Positions 10,137-19,403 of a stretch of 64,000 nucleotides of DNA are shown here, in pieces. Position numbers and translations under genes: made by a program. Position 1 is the stretch's first letter, and the number at the start of each line of letters is the position of its first letter. A model generated the notes under the pieces. That model did no database searches and was not told the origin of the DNA. It saw only the letters and a program-made list of their open reading frames with translations. This stretch comes from Magnetococcales bacterium (GTDB lineage: Bacteria; Pseudomonadota; Magnetococcia; Magnetococcales; Magnetaquicoccaceae): positions 20,978-84,977 of the forward strand of contig JADFYY010000001.1 in assembly GCA_015232825.1 (NCBI GenBank), given 5' to 3'.

Positions 10137-10943
10137 CTACAACAATCTCTGGTCGTCAGGTAACCAAGTTCCAGGAGGAGAATCATCCGGTTCGTACTCC
10201 CGGCGCAAATAGAGTGCTTGAAACTCCATGTGATCCATATGCCGCATCCAACGAAAAATGGGGGCAAAATGGTTTGTTTCAATTTTTTCAACCATTTTAG
10301 TCAGATGTTCGGCTTGTGGTTGCTGAAAGCGGCCATACCAACGTCGAGCGGCCAAGGCCGCATTGGGTTGAGAGATGCTGGAGGGACAGCGCAACACGCA
10401 GATTTGGCATCCGATACAGGTAAAGGATTCCTGGGCGGCCCCTTTAAGGTCGCCCCGTTTGATCATACCCACATACCCCATGACGTCGATATCTTTGGGG
10501 CAGACTCGAACACACTCGCCGCACATGATGCAGTTGTTAACCTCTGGGTAGAGGCGCAAAACATGATAGCCCGGCGTTTCTCCCTCCAGGAGATTCAGAC
10601 AATGGGGAACCTTAGTCTGTGGGACATAGGGCAATGGTAAAATCTCCATCCCCTCTTGCACATTCTCCTGACACATAAGTGCGGCAGATAGCGCATGAGA
10701 TTTGGCTGGTATGCGATACAACACGGCACACGCACCACAAATGCCACCACGACACCCTACTCCCCGGACAAAACCGATTCCAGACGCTTCCAGTGCGGTC
10801 AGGATTGTTTTGCCCGCAGGGACATCCATCCATGTTTCGTCGTAACGAATGGAAACGGTGGAGGCGGTTTGAGTAGCATTATTCAATGATAAACCATAGC
10901 CTAAGGTTGCAGTTGGTCCATAAGCCCAATGAATCGAGAACAA
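10137..10943 (-). CDS. Fumarate reductase iron-sulfur subunit (2Fe-2S + 2x4Fe-4S); true start uncertain, probably downstream of 10943
   Basis: CRGGICGAC...C (2Fe-2S), CIMCGECVRVCP and CIGCQICVLRCP. Directly upstream of the flavoprotein gene. Confidence 0.8.
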   Translation of the reverse strand: MFSIHWAYGPTATLGYGLSLNNATQTASTVSIRYDETWMDVPAGKTILTALEASGIGFVRGVGCRGGICGACAVLYRIPAKSHALSAALMCQENVQEGMEILPLPYVPQTKVPHCLNLLEGETPGYHVLRLYPEVNNCIMCGECVRVCPKDIDVMGYVGMIKRGDLKGAAQESFTCIGCQICVLRCPSSISQPNAALAARRWYGRFQQPQAEHLTKMVEKIETNHFAPIFRWMRHMDHMEFQALYLRREYEPDDSPPGTWLPDDQRLL

Positions 10944-10963
10944 AGAAATTCAATAAGCTTTCC

Positions 10964-11009
10964 AAGAATGCCATGGACTGCAACAAGGATCAAGGTCTGA
11001 TGGAACATT
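10964..11009 (-). promoter_or_regulatory. Repeated promoter-like element, copy A (diverged), upstream of the frdB-like operon
   Basis: 38/46 identical to 16533-16578. Minus strand TTGATC-N17-CATTCT with an extended TG. Confidence 0.55.
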
Positions 11010-11029
11010 AATAGACTATGGACAAAAGG

Positions 11030-11515
11030 TTACGGCGTCGTTTGCGGGGTTGCAGGTCGGGTGGTCGCGGGAACTTTGCCAAGATTCTGCTCAAGAGCGG
11101 GTAACGGGTGATTGGAGATAACAATAGGCTGAGTTGGAGGAAAGTAGCGCAGAGCAGTAAAGAGCATCCCGGCCACAGCCACAAGCATCAGACCTACTTG
11201 AATAGTCATCCGGTACTCAAGCTCTTTGATGTCACGCTTGAATTCGATTTTATTCATCTCGATTTTGCTGTCCAGATCTTTGATATCCCGCTTCAGTTCA
11301 TCCTTGGTTTCCTTTAGATCCTGTCTGGTTACCAAACCACTCATCTGTTCTTCTGACTGTTTGTCGCGTCGATCAATCCGTTCGTCAATACGGTCTTCCG
11401 TCTGCTTCATGACGGTCACCAATGCCTTGACATGACCCTTGGCATGTTCATCAGAAATGCCAACAGCCCTGAGCTGTTCAGTGAATTCCAATGTATCAAA
11501 CGTGATCGCATGCAT
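11030..11515 (-). CDS. DUF1640/CCDC90-like coiled-coil membrane-anchored protein
   Basis: N-terminal MHAITFDTLEFTEQLRAVG, central coiled coil (LVTRQDL...KRDIKELE) and a C-terminal TM helix. ATG at 11515 is preferred over the ORF-track start, which runs through the repeat element. Confidence 0.75.
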   Translation of the reverse strand: MHAITFDTLEFTEQLRAVGISDEHAKGHVKALVTVMKQTEDRIDERIDRRDKQSEEQMSGLVTRQDLKETKDELKRDIKDLDSKIEMNKIEFKRDIKELEYRMTIQVGLMLVAVAGMLFTALRYFPPTQPIVISNHPLPALEQNLGKVPATTRPATPQTTP

Positions 11516-11558
11516 GGAATTTGTCCATTGTGCTTGGTTGAATGAGATCAAACTAAGT

Positions 11559-11616
11559 TTATGAGTAAAATCAACTGATTTAATAATACCATTGGTTACA
11601 ACAAGGATCAAGGCCT
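11559..11616 (-). promoter_or_regulatory. Repeated promoter-like element, copy B
   Basis: 54/58 identical to 16510-16567. Minus strand -35 TTGATC (11606-11611), 17-nt spacer, extended -10 TGgTATTAT (11583-11588). Confidence 0.7.
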
Positions 11617-11957
11617 CCTCTTTGCTGCCCATGCACTGTTACAACTCCTGACCATCTTGGGTGGCGATCAAATCAGACAACTGGCCAACCTCACACCTTG
11701 GCGCGTTAATCGAACTGTTACTGCTGGCTTGATACGAACCGGACTCCAGAAACATTTCTCGCACATCCTGGTTCGCGACTGGTGGGACTCAAAGTCCCGG
11801 AAATTCATGCCATCAAACGGCATCCTACTGACCAGTTTAGCTTCCACCTGACACAACACGGTCCAAAATCAATCTTTTCTCGCCCGTTTTCCACGAATCC
11901 AACGATCTTGGGCAGGAGGGGTGCGAGTCTAAAGTCCAGTTAAAACAAATAATGCGA

Positions 11958-14900
11958 TTAAAAATATTCTGCCTTTTGCAACCACTCATCCGTTTTATAA
12001 ATCCCCATTTGCAGAAATCTGTCTTGCAAGGCGACAATACGGTGCATAAGCTTTTCATCGTTGGTTTCGTCCGCTTCACGCAAAATAGAGGTCCATGCAA
12101 CAAAAAGATCGTCCGTATCCCAAATGTGACTGAGACATTTCAGGCTGCTCAAGTGTTCTACCAACTGCTCACATAGTTCCAGAGCGCGTAAAGAATCCTG
12201 TTCGGCAAGGAACGCTATCCACTCGAAGAAAAAACCCAAATTACAACGGACACCTGTTGACGCAATATGATTGATGAACTGCTGCCCCAACTGCACGGGA
12301 ATGTATGGGTGAAGCTTCTTGTTGCTAAACATCTGTATTAATTCCGAAAACAGGACATCAGACAGAGTGTCCCACCGCATAATTTCTTCCAGACCAGAAA
12401 CACAAAGTGCCTTGTGTTTGTCCAAATTTGCCCGAAAAACCTGAACAGCTCCTTTCCAAGCATGGTCACTATTTTTGACACGCAAATGCTCAAAAAGCGT
12501 TTCAAGGGTCATGTGCCCAGTCAAGGTGGCGAGAGCGGCAATACGGGACCAACTGTCTGCTGATTCGTCCTGCACTTCCTGGAACATCCTCTCCAATCGC
12601 GGTTCCACCCAGCTATAATGTGAATGATAGTTATAATAAAAAACTTGTTCCGAGGCATCCCAAAGAGAACCTTGTTGCTCTTGAAAAATAATATCAAACA
12701 GATGTCGTCCCAATTCCTGTTGAAAATGAATAATGACTGGAAGATTATCCAGCAAACCAATACGCACAGCAGGAATCGGATCACCGGCGAAGCGTTTTAA
12801 TAGTGGGACGAGTTCCACGGGTAAGGTTTGACCGGCTTCCAGAAGTTTCGCCGCCAAGCGGGCCGCTGCTCCAGCCGCAATTCCTCGTGCAGAGTTGATG
12901 CTTTGACTCCGTAGTCCAGCATCATCCAGCTCCTCCATAGGATCAGGATTTTGGATAGATGCGACAAGCTGTGCCGTCAATCGCTCCACATCCTCAGACA
13001 TCATCAATACGTTTGCACACGCCTCCATGACTCGCGTGCCGGTCGTACCATTCATCAACCACTCTTTGTTTTGCTCCAACAGATCCAGCAGATGGCGCGC
13101 CAAGGGTTCACCATCTGGCAACGGTTTTACGGGCTTCCAATCGTTTGAGCTTAAATTGCCAAAACGGTATTGTATGTGTGCGGCAACTCCATCGACTATG
13201 GATTGCACATACCCCTTTTCAAGACCTTCCTCTGACAGAAATGGCAGATAACGCATAGGATTATTGGATGTCGCATTGCTTAAAACTTCTATCATCTTCT
13301 CCTTGCCACCAATCAGAAAATCTCTGTCAAAGACAGATTGGCGTTTAATATTTTCATAGTAGCGCAAAAGTTGGATCTGACTATAAAAAGAGAGTGTCTC
13401 GAATGTTTCCAGGTCAACCGGTGGACGGACACAACCACCCCAGGAAAAAATTTCAGGATCTGGCAGGATATGTCCGATGAAGGTGACATGTTGATCAAGG
13501 AAGGTTTGAACCTCAGGGATCCGAAAAATACAGGGAATCCAAATAAGTCGATTATAATAGCTACGTATTCCCCATGCATTACAACTACTTTGATCATCTT
13601 CTTTATCAAGCAGTTCCAATATGGCCTGTTGATATGCACTCATGACATCATTTTCTACACAATGAGAACTAACATTTACCAACTGTCCTAGTTCATAAAA
13701 TATTGTTGAAATATTCATCAATTCTTCGTCCATCAATTGACAGGCAATGCCGACTCCATAACGCTCTGGCTGACGGACATAAGCCAAAATTAAAAAATAA
13801 CGTAAAGCCAGATTGCGGCATGTCCGTAAACGAACCTCGTTGACTTGCCACCATGGAGTATTGCTATCCGCATGAAAAAACAGAGCATTTTCTAAACTAT
13901 CCAATAAAATGGACCGATCACTGATGTGGGAGGTATCGTTTTCTTCATGCTGGTTGCGCCAAGAAGTCTCCTTTACATCCCCAATGCTATCGGCCAAATG
14001 GCCAGTCCCTTCTTCCAAGGTATTAATAACCATGTCCATCAGGAGTTCGGAATTAATCAAACGGTTTTTCAAAAAATCCTGGTCATGAAAATGGTGAGGC
14101 TGACATTTTATACCTTTTTTAATACTATAACTACTAAAATTTTTCACATTATTATAAATGAACGCCCATAATAGGTCATCCCCCTGGTTAGTTGCTGTCA
14201 CATAGCGACTAATGGCTGTACCGGCTACGTAATCCTGGGATCCTTTAAGATTCATGAGCCTCTCCAGAAGAGTTCGGCAGCCTTGTGTATGCCATTGGGT
14301 GAAGCGGTCCAGACTGTGAGAAAGATTCATCACCAACCAGGAGCCATCAGACTCCCGATCCAACATCTTCAGCCACAACGCTACGCACTCAGAGGGAAAA
14401 TGATTCATCCATACATCCAGGCGACTACTTAACTTCGACTGCCATAGATCATGATCATTTCTTTCCGCAAGCGACGGCAACAGGTTATCATACAACATGC
14501 GGAACCATGCATCATTGCGGGTTTTTTGAAACATCCAGTCAAAAAGTTCCGGCTGATTTTTGCATAACCGATTAATCCATGGCCAATCTGTCGATCCAGG
14601 TTCAATTTCCGCCAAGGTTTCGGCAATCAGTCGGCGGACATGATAGGGCAAGCTTTGATCATTCAGCACCTTGGTCACGTGCCGCCCCAAGCCGGATGAA
14701 TGCACAGTCGCCAAATGTAAAACATAAGCCCGAATGGCTGGACGCACAAAAGGCAACGGAGGCAAGCCACTGACAAATGCGTCCAAGTCAGTTCCTTGTT
14801 TCAGGGCACCACGCACCAACAGATTATCACGCAGGGTCTGATGGGTGAAAGCAAGGGTTTCCGCACCAGCATCACAGAGGATACCCTTGGATATTAGCCG

Positions 14901-16472
14901 TTGTTTGGCATCATGCGATCCCTGCCATAAGGCCATTACCAGCCTTTTTTCCCGTTGAGCCATCATCCCATGAGCCATATTTTGCAAAGCGGTCATGGCG
15001 TCATCTTCCAGAGCCGGATCTTCGATCACCAAATGGCGCAGAAACAGATCATTCAATTGATAGGCACTACGAATGACCGATACGGCGGCCACTTGTGCCA
15101 ATGGATGAAAAAGTCGTAGATTTTGCGGTACGAGAAGCAGATCACGCAGCTCCAATGGCAGAGTTTCTGGATCTACATTCCATTTTATAAGCATTGGTAC
15201 GACTTCTTCTTGCCAATTCAGCTTGCCGATAGTAATGGTTTTATCCCATTTGCGATCCCGCAATCTGGGATGATATACTAGGTCGAAGAGTCGGCAGGCG
15301 GTCACCACGCTCAACTTGGGAATCCGCTTCAGTCGATCCATCAAGCCCAAAAAGAGGGTTAACGCCCCATGGTCTCTTTGCAGGGAGAGTACATCCAGGG
15401 AATCAATGATCACCACCACTTGCCGATTCTCTGCCAAGCGCGCACAACGCCCAACGATGTCATCAGGCAGACCTCGCTCTTTTAGATCGTTCTCCGTGCG
15501 TGCGGCCTCGAACGCATCCCCCCGAATGAAGAGCAAATGTATCGTTGCTTCCTGCTCCAACAGTTCTACCAAGTCCAGCAACACGCACGTCTTGCCAGAA
15601 CCTGGTCCATCCGTTAACAATATAATCTTTGTGTTATTTTTAATGGCCTCATGCAAGTCAGCCACGGCTTGACGCTGAAAACTATGCCCATCTACGTCAC
15701 GATGCCACTGCCTACCGATCAGAGAAGCACTGTTGAAAAGGTTCAAGCTCTCCTGCTCGTTCCAATGAGCGGTGAAATAGATCCCCTCTTGCCCCAACTT
15801 GTCCAGCACATCTTGACGGTAGATGGTGTGCTTGGCGTCACGTATTTTGGACTGATGATTTGTAAGCATTTCTCTAAGAATGCGCATAGCATCAGGAGCG
15901 CGTGGAACCAGTCGAGCAAGATCATCCATATTAATTATGTCCCACTGGACCATACTTCGAGGAATGGCATATTTCAAACTGTGCGCCAAACTAAAGGCCA
16001 ATTGTGAATCTAGCTGCCAAAGTGTGTAGAGTTCTGAAAAAGTTTTTTTTAGGGTGGTGGCTGGCGCTTTTAGATCAAAATTGGCATGGTCTGGATACAT
16101 GGGGATGCCTTCAGCCAATTTATTCAATTCACCAAACGGTGACTGGGAATAGAACTCGACAGATGCCAAAGAATCACTCTGCAATTGATCTCGTGCTTTG
16201 CATAATTCTTTCTGCATAACAGCATCCGATATCCGCCATTCCAGATGATCTGGCTGATTCTTTTTTGCTTGAACATAAAGTTTCCGCTGATCCTGGTAGA
16301 CTACGACCACGTCATCCACAACAACGGCATCCTTCTGACCGGGTATACCGTTGGAGTCCGCTTGTATGAAGTCAATTTTCTCCTCTCCCCGCAACAAACG
16401 GATGATCCAGTGCAAGGCGATACAGATTTGATATTCATCCCCTCGGTGGGAGTAGGTGGCGGGAGTACTCAT
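11958..16472 (-). CDS. AVAST/Avs-like (probably Avs2-type) anti-phage STAND NTPase with an N-terminal PD-(D/E)xK nuclease
   Basis: About 1500 aa. N-terminal RGDEYQ...DDVVV...QAKK nuclease motif, Walker A GPGSGKT, Walker B VVIIDSLD and a long helical C-terminus. SD AGAGGA precedes the ATG at 16472. Confidence 0.75.
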   Translation of the reverse strand: MSTPATYSHRGDEYQICIALHWIIRLLRGEEKIDFIQADSNGIPGQKDAVVVDDVVVVYQDQRKLYVQAKKNQPDHLEWRISDAVMQKELCKARDQLQSDSLASVEFYSQSPFGELNKLAEGIPMYPDHANFDLKAPATTLKKTFSELYTLWQLDSQLAFSLAHSLKYAIPRSMVQWDIINMDDLARLVPRAPDAMRILREMLTNHQSKIRDAKHTIYRQDVLDKLGQEGIYFTAHWNEQESLNLFNSASLIGRQWHRDVDGHSFQRQAVADLHEAIKNNTKIILLTDGPGSGKTCVLLDLVELLEQEATIHLLFIRGDAFEAARTENDLKERGLPDDIVGRCARLAENRQVVVIIDSLDVLSLQRDHGALTLFLGLMDRLKRIPKLSVVTACRLFDLVYHPRLRDRKWDKTITIGKLNWQEEVVPMLIKWNVDPETLPLELRDLLLVPQNLRLFHPLAQVAAVSVIRSAYQLNDLFLRHLVIEDPALEDDAMTALQNMAHGMMAQREKRLVMALWQGSHDAKQRLISKGILCDAGAETLAFTHQTLRDNLLVRGALKQGTDLDAFVSGLPPLPFVRPAIRAYVLHLATVHSSGLGRHVTKVLNDQSLPYHVRRLIAETLAEIEPGSTDWPWINRLCKNQPELFDWMFQKTRNDAWFRMLYDNLLPSLAERNDHDLWQSKLSSRLDVWMNHFPSECVALWLKMLDRESDGSWLVMNLSHSLDRFTQWHTQGCRTLLERLMNLKGSQDYVAGTAISRYVTATNQGDDLLWAFIYNNVKNFSSYSIKKGIKCQPHHFHDQDFLKNRLINSELLMDMVINTLEEGTGHLADSIGDVKETSWRNQHEENDTSHISDRSILLDSLENALFFHADSNTPWWQVNEVRLRTCRNLALRYFLILAYVRQPERYGVGIACQLMDEELMNISTIFYELGQLVNVSSHCVENDVMSAYQQAILELLDKEDDQSSCNAWGIRSYYNRLIWIPCIFRIPEVQTFLDQHVTFIGHILPDPEIFSWGGCVRPPVDLETFETLSFYSQIQLLRYYENIKRQSVFDRDFLIGGKEKMIEVLSNATSNNPMRYLPFLSEEGLEKGYVQSIVDGVAAHIQYRFGNLSSNDWKPVKPLPDGEPLARHLLDLLEQNKEWLMNGTTGTRVMEACANVLMMSEDVERLTAQLVASIQNPDPMEELDDAGLRSQSINSARGIAAGAAARLAAKLLEAGQTLPVELVPLLKRFAGDPIPAVRIGLLDNLPVIIHFQQELGRHLFDIIFQEQQGSLWDASEQVFYYNYHSHYSWVEPRLERMFQEVQDESADSWSRIAALATLTGHMTLETLFEHLRVKNSDHAWKGAVQVFRANLDKHKALCVSGLEEIMRWDTLSDVLFSELIQMFSNKKLHPYIPVQLGQQFINHIASTGVRCNLGFFFEWIAFLAEQDSLRALELCEQLVEHLSSLKCLSHIWDTDDLFVAWTSILREADETNDEKLMHRIVALQDRFLQMGIYKTDEWLQKAEYF

Positions 16473-16509
16473 ATCACAAGGTTCCTCTGTGGCGAACAAT
16501 TATTGAAGA

Positions 16510-16578
16510 TTATGCGTAAAATCAACAGATTTAATAATACCATTGGTTACAACAAGGATCGAGGTCTAATGGAACATT
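16510..16578 (-). promoter_or_regulatory. Repeated promoter-like element, copy C, upstream of the Avs-like gene
   Basis: Minus strand TCGATC-N17-TATTAT. Shares its low-coordinate arm with copy B and its high-coordinate arm with copy A. Confidence 0.7.
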
Positions 16579-16580
16579 CT

Positions 16581-17153
16581 CTATGGACCTTCAACATGTA
16601 CCATATGCATCCCCCGTCGTCCTTTGAGATGCACTCCGCTCTGGTGCGATTGTTCTAAACGCTCCAATGGGGAGGCTTCGCCAAGAATACAGTTCACCAT
16701 GGCTTGCCGATTTTTGATATTTTTATCCACAAAGCGTGTTCCAGCTTGATAGACCCATTGTCCGCGAATCTCTTGAGTGGTCGTGGGGTCTAGTACCAGA
16801 GAGGTTGATGGATGTTTTTTGTCGGCTTGGAGGAAAAAATGTTCGTACATCAAGGGTTCACTGGCATCGGTCATCTGACAGACCTCGGTGCCATTCTCAA
16901 TGATCAATCCTGGCAAAAAACGCAAATTAACCGTCACAGAAAAAGGCTCTTGATTGTGAATGCGAAAGCAAAACGGCAACTCCTGATTTTGAGTCTGCGC
17001 GTTTAGATGTTGGTCGCGCACCATTCCCGCCGATTCTGGCTCGCAATATCCCATTTCTACTCGTAAAGCTCTGCCTGGACCATGGGCCTGAAGCTCTCCG
17101 GCCCCAAACAACAGGCCAAGAATTCCCACCAGGAGGATCAATAAGTCATGCAT
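16581..17153 (-). CDS. Hypothetical exported protein
   Basis: Signal-peptide-like start MHDLLILLVGILGLLFGAGELQA and four Cys in the mature part. No family recognised. Confidence 0.55.
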   Translation of the reverse strand: MHDLLILLVGILGLLFGAGELQAHGPGRALRVEMGYCEPESAGMVRDQHLNAQTQNQELPFCFRIHNQEPFSVTVNLRFLPGLIIENGTEVCQMTDASEPLMYEHFFLQADKKHPSTSLVLDPTTTQEIRGQWVYQAGTRFVDKNIKNRQAMVNCILGEASPLERLEQSHQSGVHLKGRRGMHMVHVEGP

Positions 17154-17263
17154 CGATCTCTTTTTCCTTGCATCAACAGTAGTCAACGAAGCTCTTTGTA
17201 TGCAATAATCACTCAACGATTTCAACCCTTATTCAATTCGACATCTAGCGGACCAGAAAAAAC

Positions 17264-18235
17264 ATGTCTCAAACCTTTCTCGAATTTGAACGCCCCATCG
17301 GGGAGTTGATGTCCAAAATCGACGATCTGCGTCTTTTATCGAACAGTTCGGATATTAATATCTCCCAAGATATCAAACGTTTGGAACAGGAAACCATCAA
17401 CCTGACCGAACGAATTTTTGCCAAACTGACTCCTTGGCAAAAAACCCTCCTCTCTCGTCACCCAGATCGACCTTTTACCTCCGACTATCTGGAGACCGTA
17501 TTTGGTGATTTCAAGGAGTTACACGGCGACCGTGTTTTTGGTGACGATGAATCCATCATCGGCGGTCTGGCCGTTCTGGACAAAATCGATGTCATGGTGA
17601 TTGGTCAAGAAAAAGGTCGTGGCACCAAAGAGAAAGTCCGCCGTAATTTCGGCATGTCGCGCCCAGAAGGATATCGCAAGGCGTTACGCTTGATGAAACT
17701 GGCCGAGAAATTCAAATTGCCGGTTATTTGTCTTATTGACACACCCGGTGCCTATCCTGGCAAAGGGGCTGAAGAACGGGGACAAGCCGAAGCCATTGCC
17801 CGTAACCTCAAAGAGATGGCTGCCCTCAAGGTGCCGATTCTCTCTGTGGTTATTGGTGAAGGGGGTTCGGGTGGTGCCTTGGCATTGGGCATGGGCAATC
17901 GCGTTTTGATGATGCAGTACGCAACCTATTCGGTCATCTCACCGGAAGGGTGCGCATCCATTCTCTGGAAAGACTCTTCCAAGGCTGAATTGGCTTCAGA
18001 GGCCCTACGCTTGACTGCCCAGGATATCTTGGAACTCAAGGTGATCGATGAAATCATTCCAGAACCCATTGGTGGTGCCCACCGCAATCCATTGGAAGCA
18101 GCCACCATTCTGCAACGACGACTGGTTCACCATTTACAGGAGTTACGCAAAAAATCTCCCAAAGTTTTGGTCAAGGAACGTTTTGATAAATTCATGTCCA
18201 TGGGGGTGGTCCTAGATGGAGGCGCAACCCTGTAG
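17264..18235 (+). CDS. accA: Acetyl-CoA carboxylase carboxyltransferase alpha subunit
   Basis: LEFERPI, RNFGM.RPEGYRKALR, IDTPGAYPG, GEGGSGGAL and YSVISPEGCASILW. Confidence 0.97.
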   Translation: MSQTFLEFERPIGELMSKIDDLRLLSNSSDINISQDIKRLEQETINLTERIFAKLTPWQKTLLSRHPDRPFTSDYLETVFGDFKELHGDRVFGDDESIIGGLAVLDKIDVMVIGQEKGRGTKEKVRRNFGMSRPEGYRKALRLMKLAEKFKLPVICLIDTPGAYPGKGAEERGQAEAIARNLKEMAALKVPILSVVIGEGGSGGALALGMGNRVLMMQYATYSVISPEGCASILWKDSSKAELASEALRLTAQDILELKVIDEIIPEPIGGAHRNPLEAATILQRRLVHHLQELRKKSPKVLVKERFDKFMSMGVVLDGGATL

Positions 18236-19009
18236 ATCTTGTTCCAGGGTTTTTTGCATCAGAAGCAGATCCTCCCAGACCATGCGCTTGCTGGACGGTG
18301 TACGGAGACAATAGACCGGGTGATAACTGGCGACCACAGCCACACCCCGCCAAAAGTGAACTTTTCCCCTGGCCTGCCCCACCTGTTTGACCGGGCCCAA
18401 CAAGCAATCAATGGCAACCTTCCCCATGACAAAAATCGCTTTAGGTCGAATCAACTCCAATTGCCGGAACAAAAAAGGCTGACAATGGAGGATCTCATCG
18501 GGTTTTGGCGTTCGGTCTCCAGGAGGACGACATTTGATAATATTGGTCAAATAAACCGCATTGCGATCCAATCCGACGGCCCTCACCATCCCTTGAAAAA
18601 TGGCTCGCGCTTCACCGGCAAACGGTTCTCCAGTGCGTTCTTCTTCCTCTTGTGGCGCATCTCCAATCCACACCACAGGGGCGTCTAGTGCGCCAACTCC
18701 CATAACAGTCTGATTGCGAGTTTGCGAGAGTCGGCACTGTTGACAACTAGATATCTCCTGTGCCAAGCCTGCAATCCAGGATTCTCGCGCCACAAGGGGA
18801 ACGGGTTCAGAAATCAAACGTTCCAACGAAGGGGGTGGAGGCGTTGGTATCGGTATTGGTACCGTTGCTTTTGGTTCCACCACGGGGGCAAATCCAAACT
18901 GCTCTCCTGTAAGACGATCAATCCCACAAACTCGCCAGTAGCGCAGCGTGGCCAGCAAGTCGGAGGCAGTCCATGATTGTGTTCTGTCTGCCACGTCACT
19001 GTTATTCAA
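18212..19009 (-). CDS. Uracil-DNA glycosylase family 4
   Basis: CQQCRL Fe-S motif, GDAP, TNIIKCRPP and YHP motifs. Confidence 0.9.
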   Translation of the reverse strand: MNNSDVADRTQSWTASDLLATLRYWRVCGIDRLTGEQFGFAPVVEPKATVPIPIPTPPPPSLERLISEPVPLVARESWIAGLAQEISSCQQCRLSQTRNQTVMGVGALDAPVVWIGDAPQEEEERTGEPFAGEARAIFQGMVRAVGLDRNAVYLTNIIKCRPPGDRTPKPDEILHCQPFLFRQLELIRPKAIFVMGKVAIDCLLGPVKQVGQARGKVHFWRGVAVVASYHPVYCLRTPSSKRMVWEDLLLMQKTLEQDLQGCASI

Positions 19010-19200
19010 TGCATGGTTGCTGTACGATGGTGGGTTGGACGCATGGAATAGGTGGCGGCATCTTGCTTTAACCGCATTAACTTTCTTTGCAAAATAAGAG
19101 CTGTTTGATAGGTTTCAATACCTTTTACTATAGTCATTTTTTCTGCTGTATCATAAATCTCATAATCATTTTTTTTAGAAATAATTCTCAAGGTTTCCAT
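19006..19200 (-). CDS. Small hypothetical protein (64 aa)
   Basis: ATG with a GGGAG SD upstream; its stop overlaps the UDG start (ATGA). Confidence 0.5.
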   Translation of the reverse strand: METLRIISKKNDYEIYDTAEKMTIVKGIETYQTALILQRKLMRLKQDAATYSMRPTHHRTATMH

Positions 19201-19331
19201 AACGAACTCCCAAAGGCAAAGGTTGAGCTATACTGGTATAGAGATAGCATTTTCCCTGCCAATAAAATTATGTCTTATTTTTAATAGAGTTAGATAGGAA
19301 AAAGGCCAATTTTTCAGTTAAAGAGAGCGTC

Positions 19332-19400
19332 AAAAAAAGGGGGGGTGATTTTTGACTGACTCGGTGTCAAATTTGTTTTCTCCCCCTCCCCCTTTTTTTT
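19332..19400. terminator. Long imperfect hairpin, probable terminator after the LTA-synthase gene
   Basis: A7G7...C5TC5T8 outer stem with an inner TTTGAC/GTCAAA stem; T-runs on both strands. Confidence 0.5.
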
Positions 19401-19403
19401 CGC

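Noticed and set aside
11516-11632. ORF-track start of the DUF1640-like gene
   Set aside because: The extension runs through the repeated promoter element; the family-like N-terminus begins at 11515.
18212-18235. 24-bp convergent overlap of accA and the UDG gene
   Set aside because: Short 3' overlaps are common and both proteins look complete.
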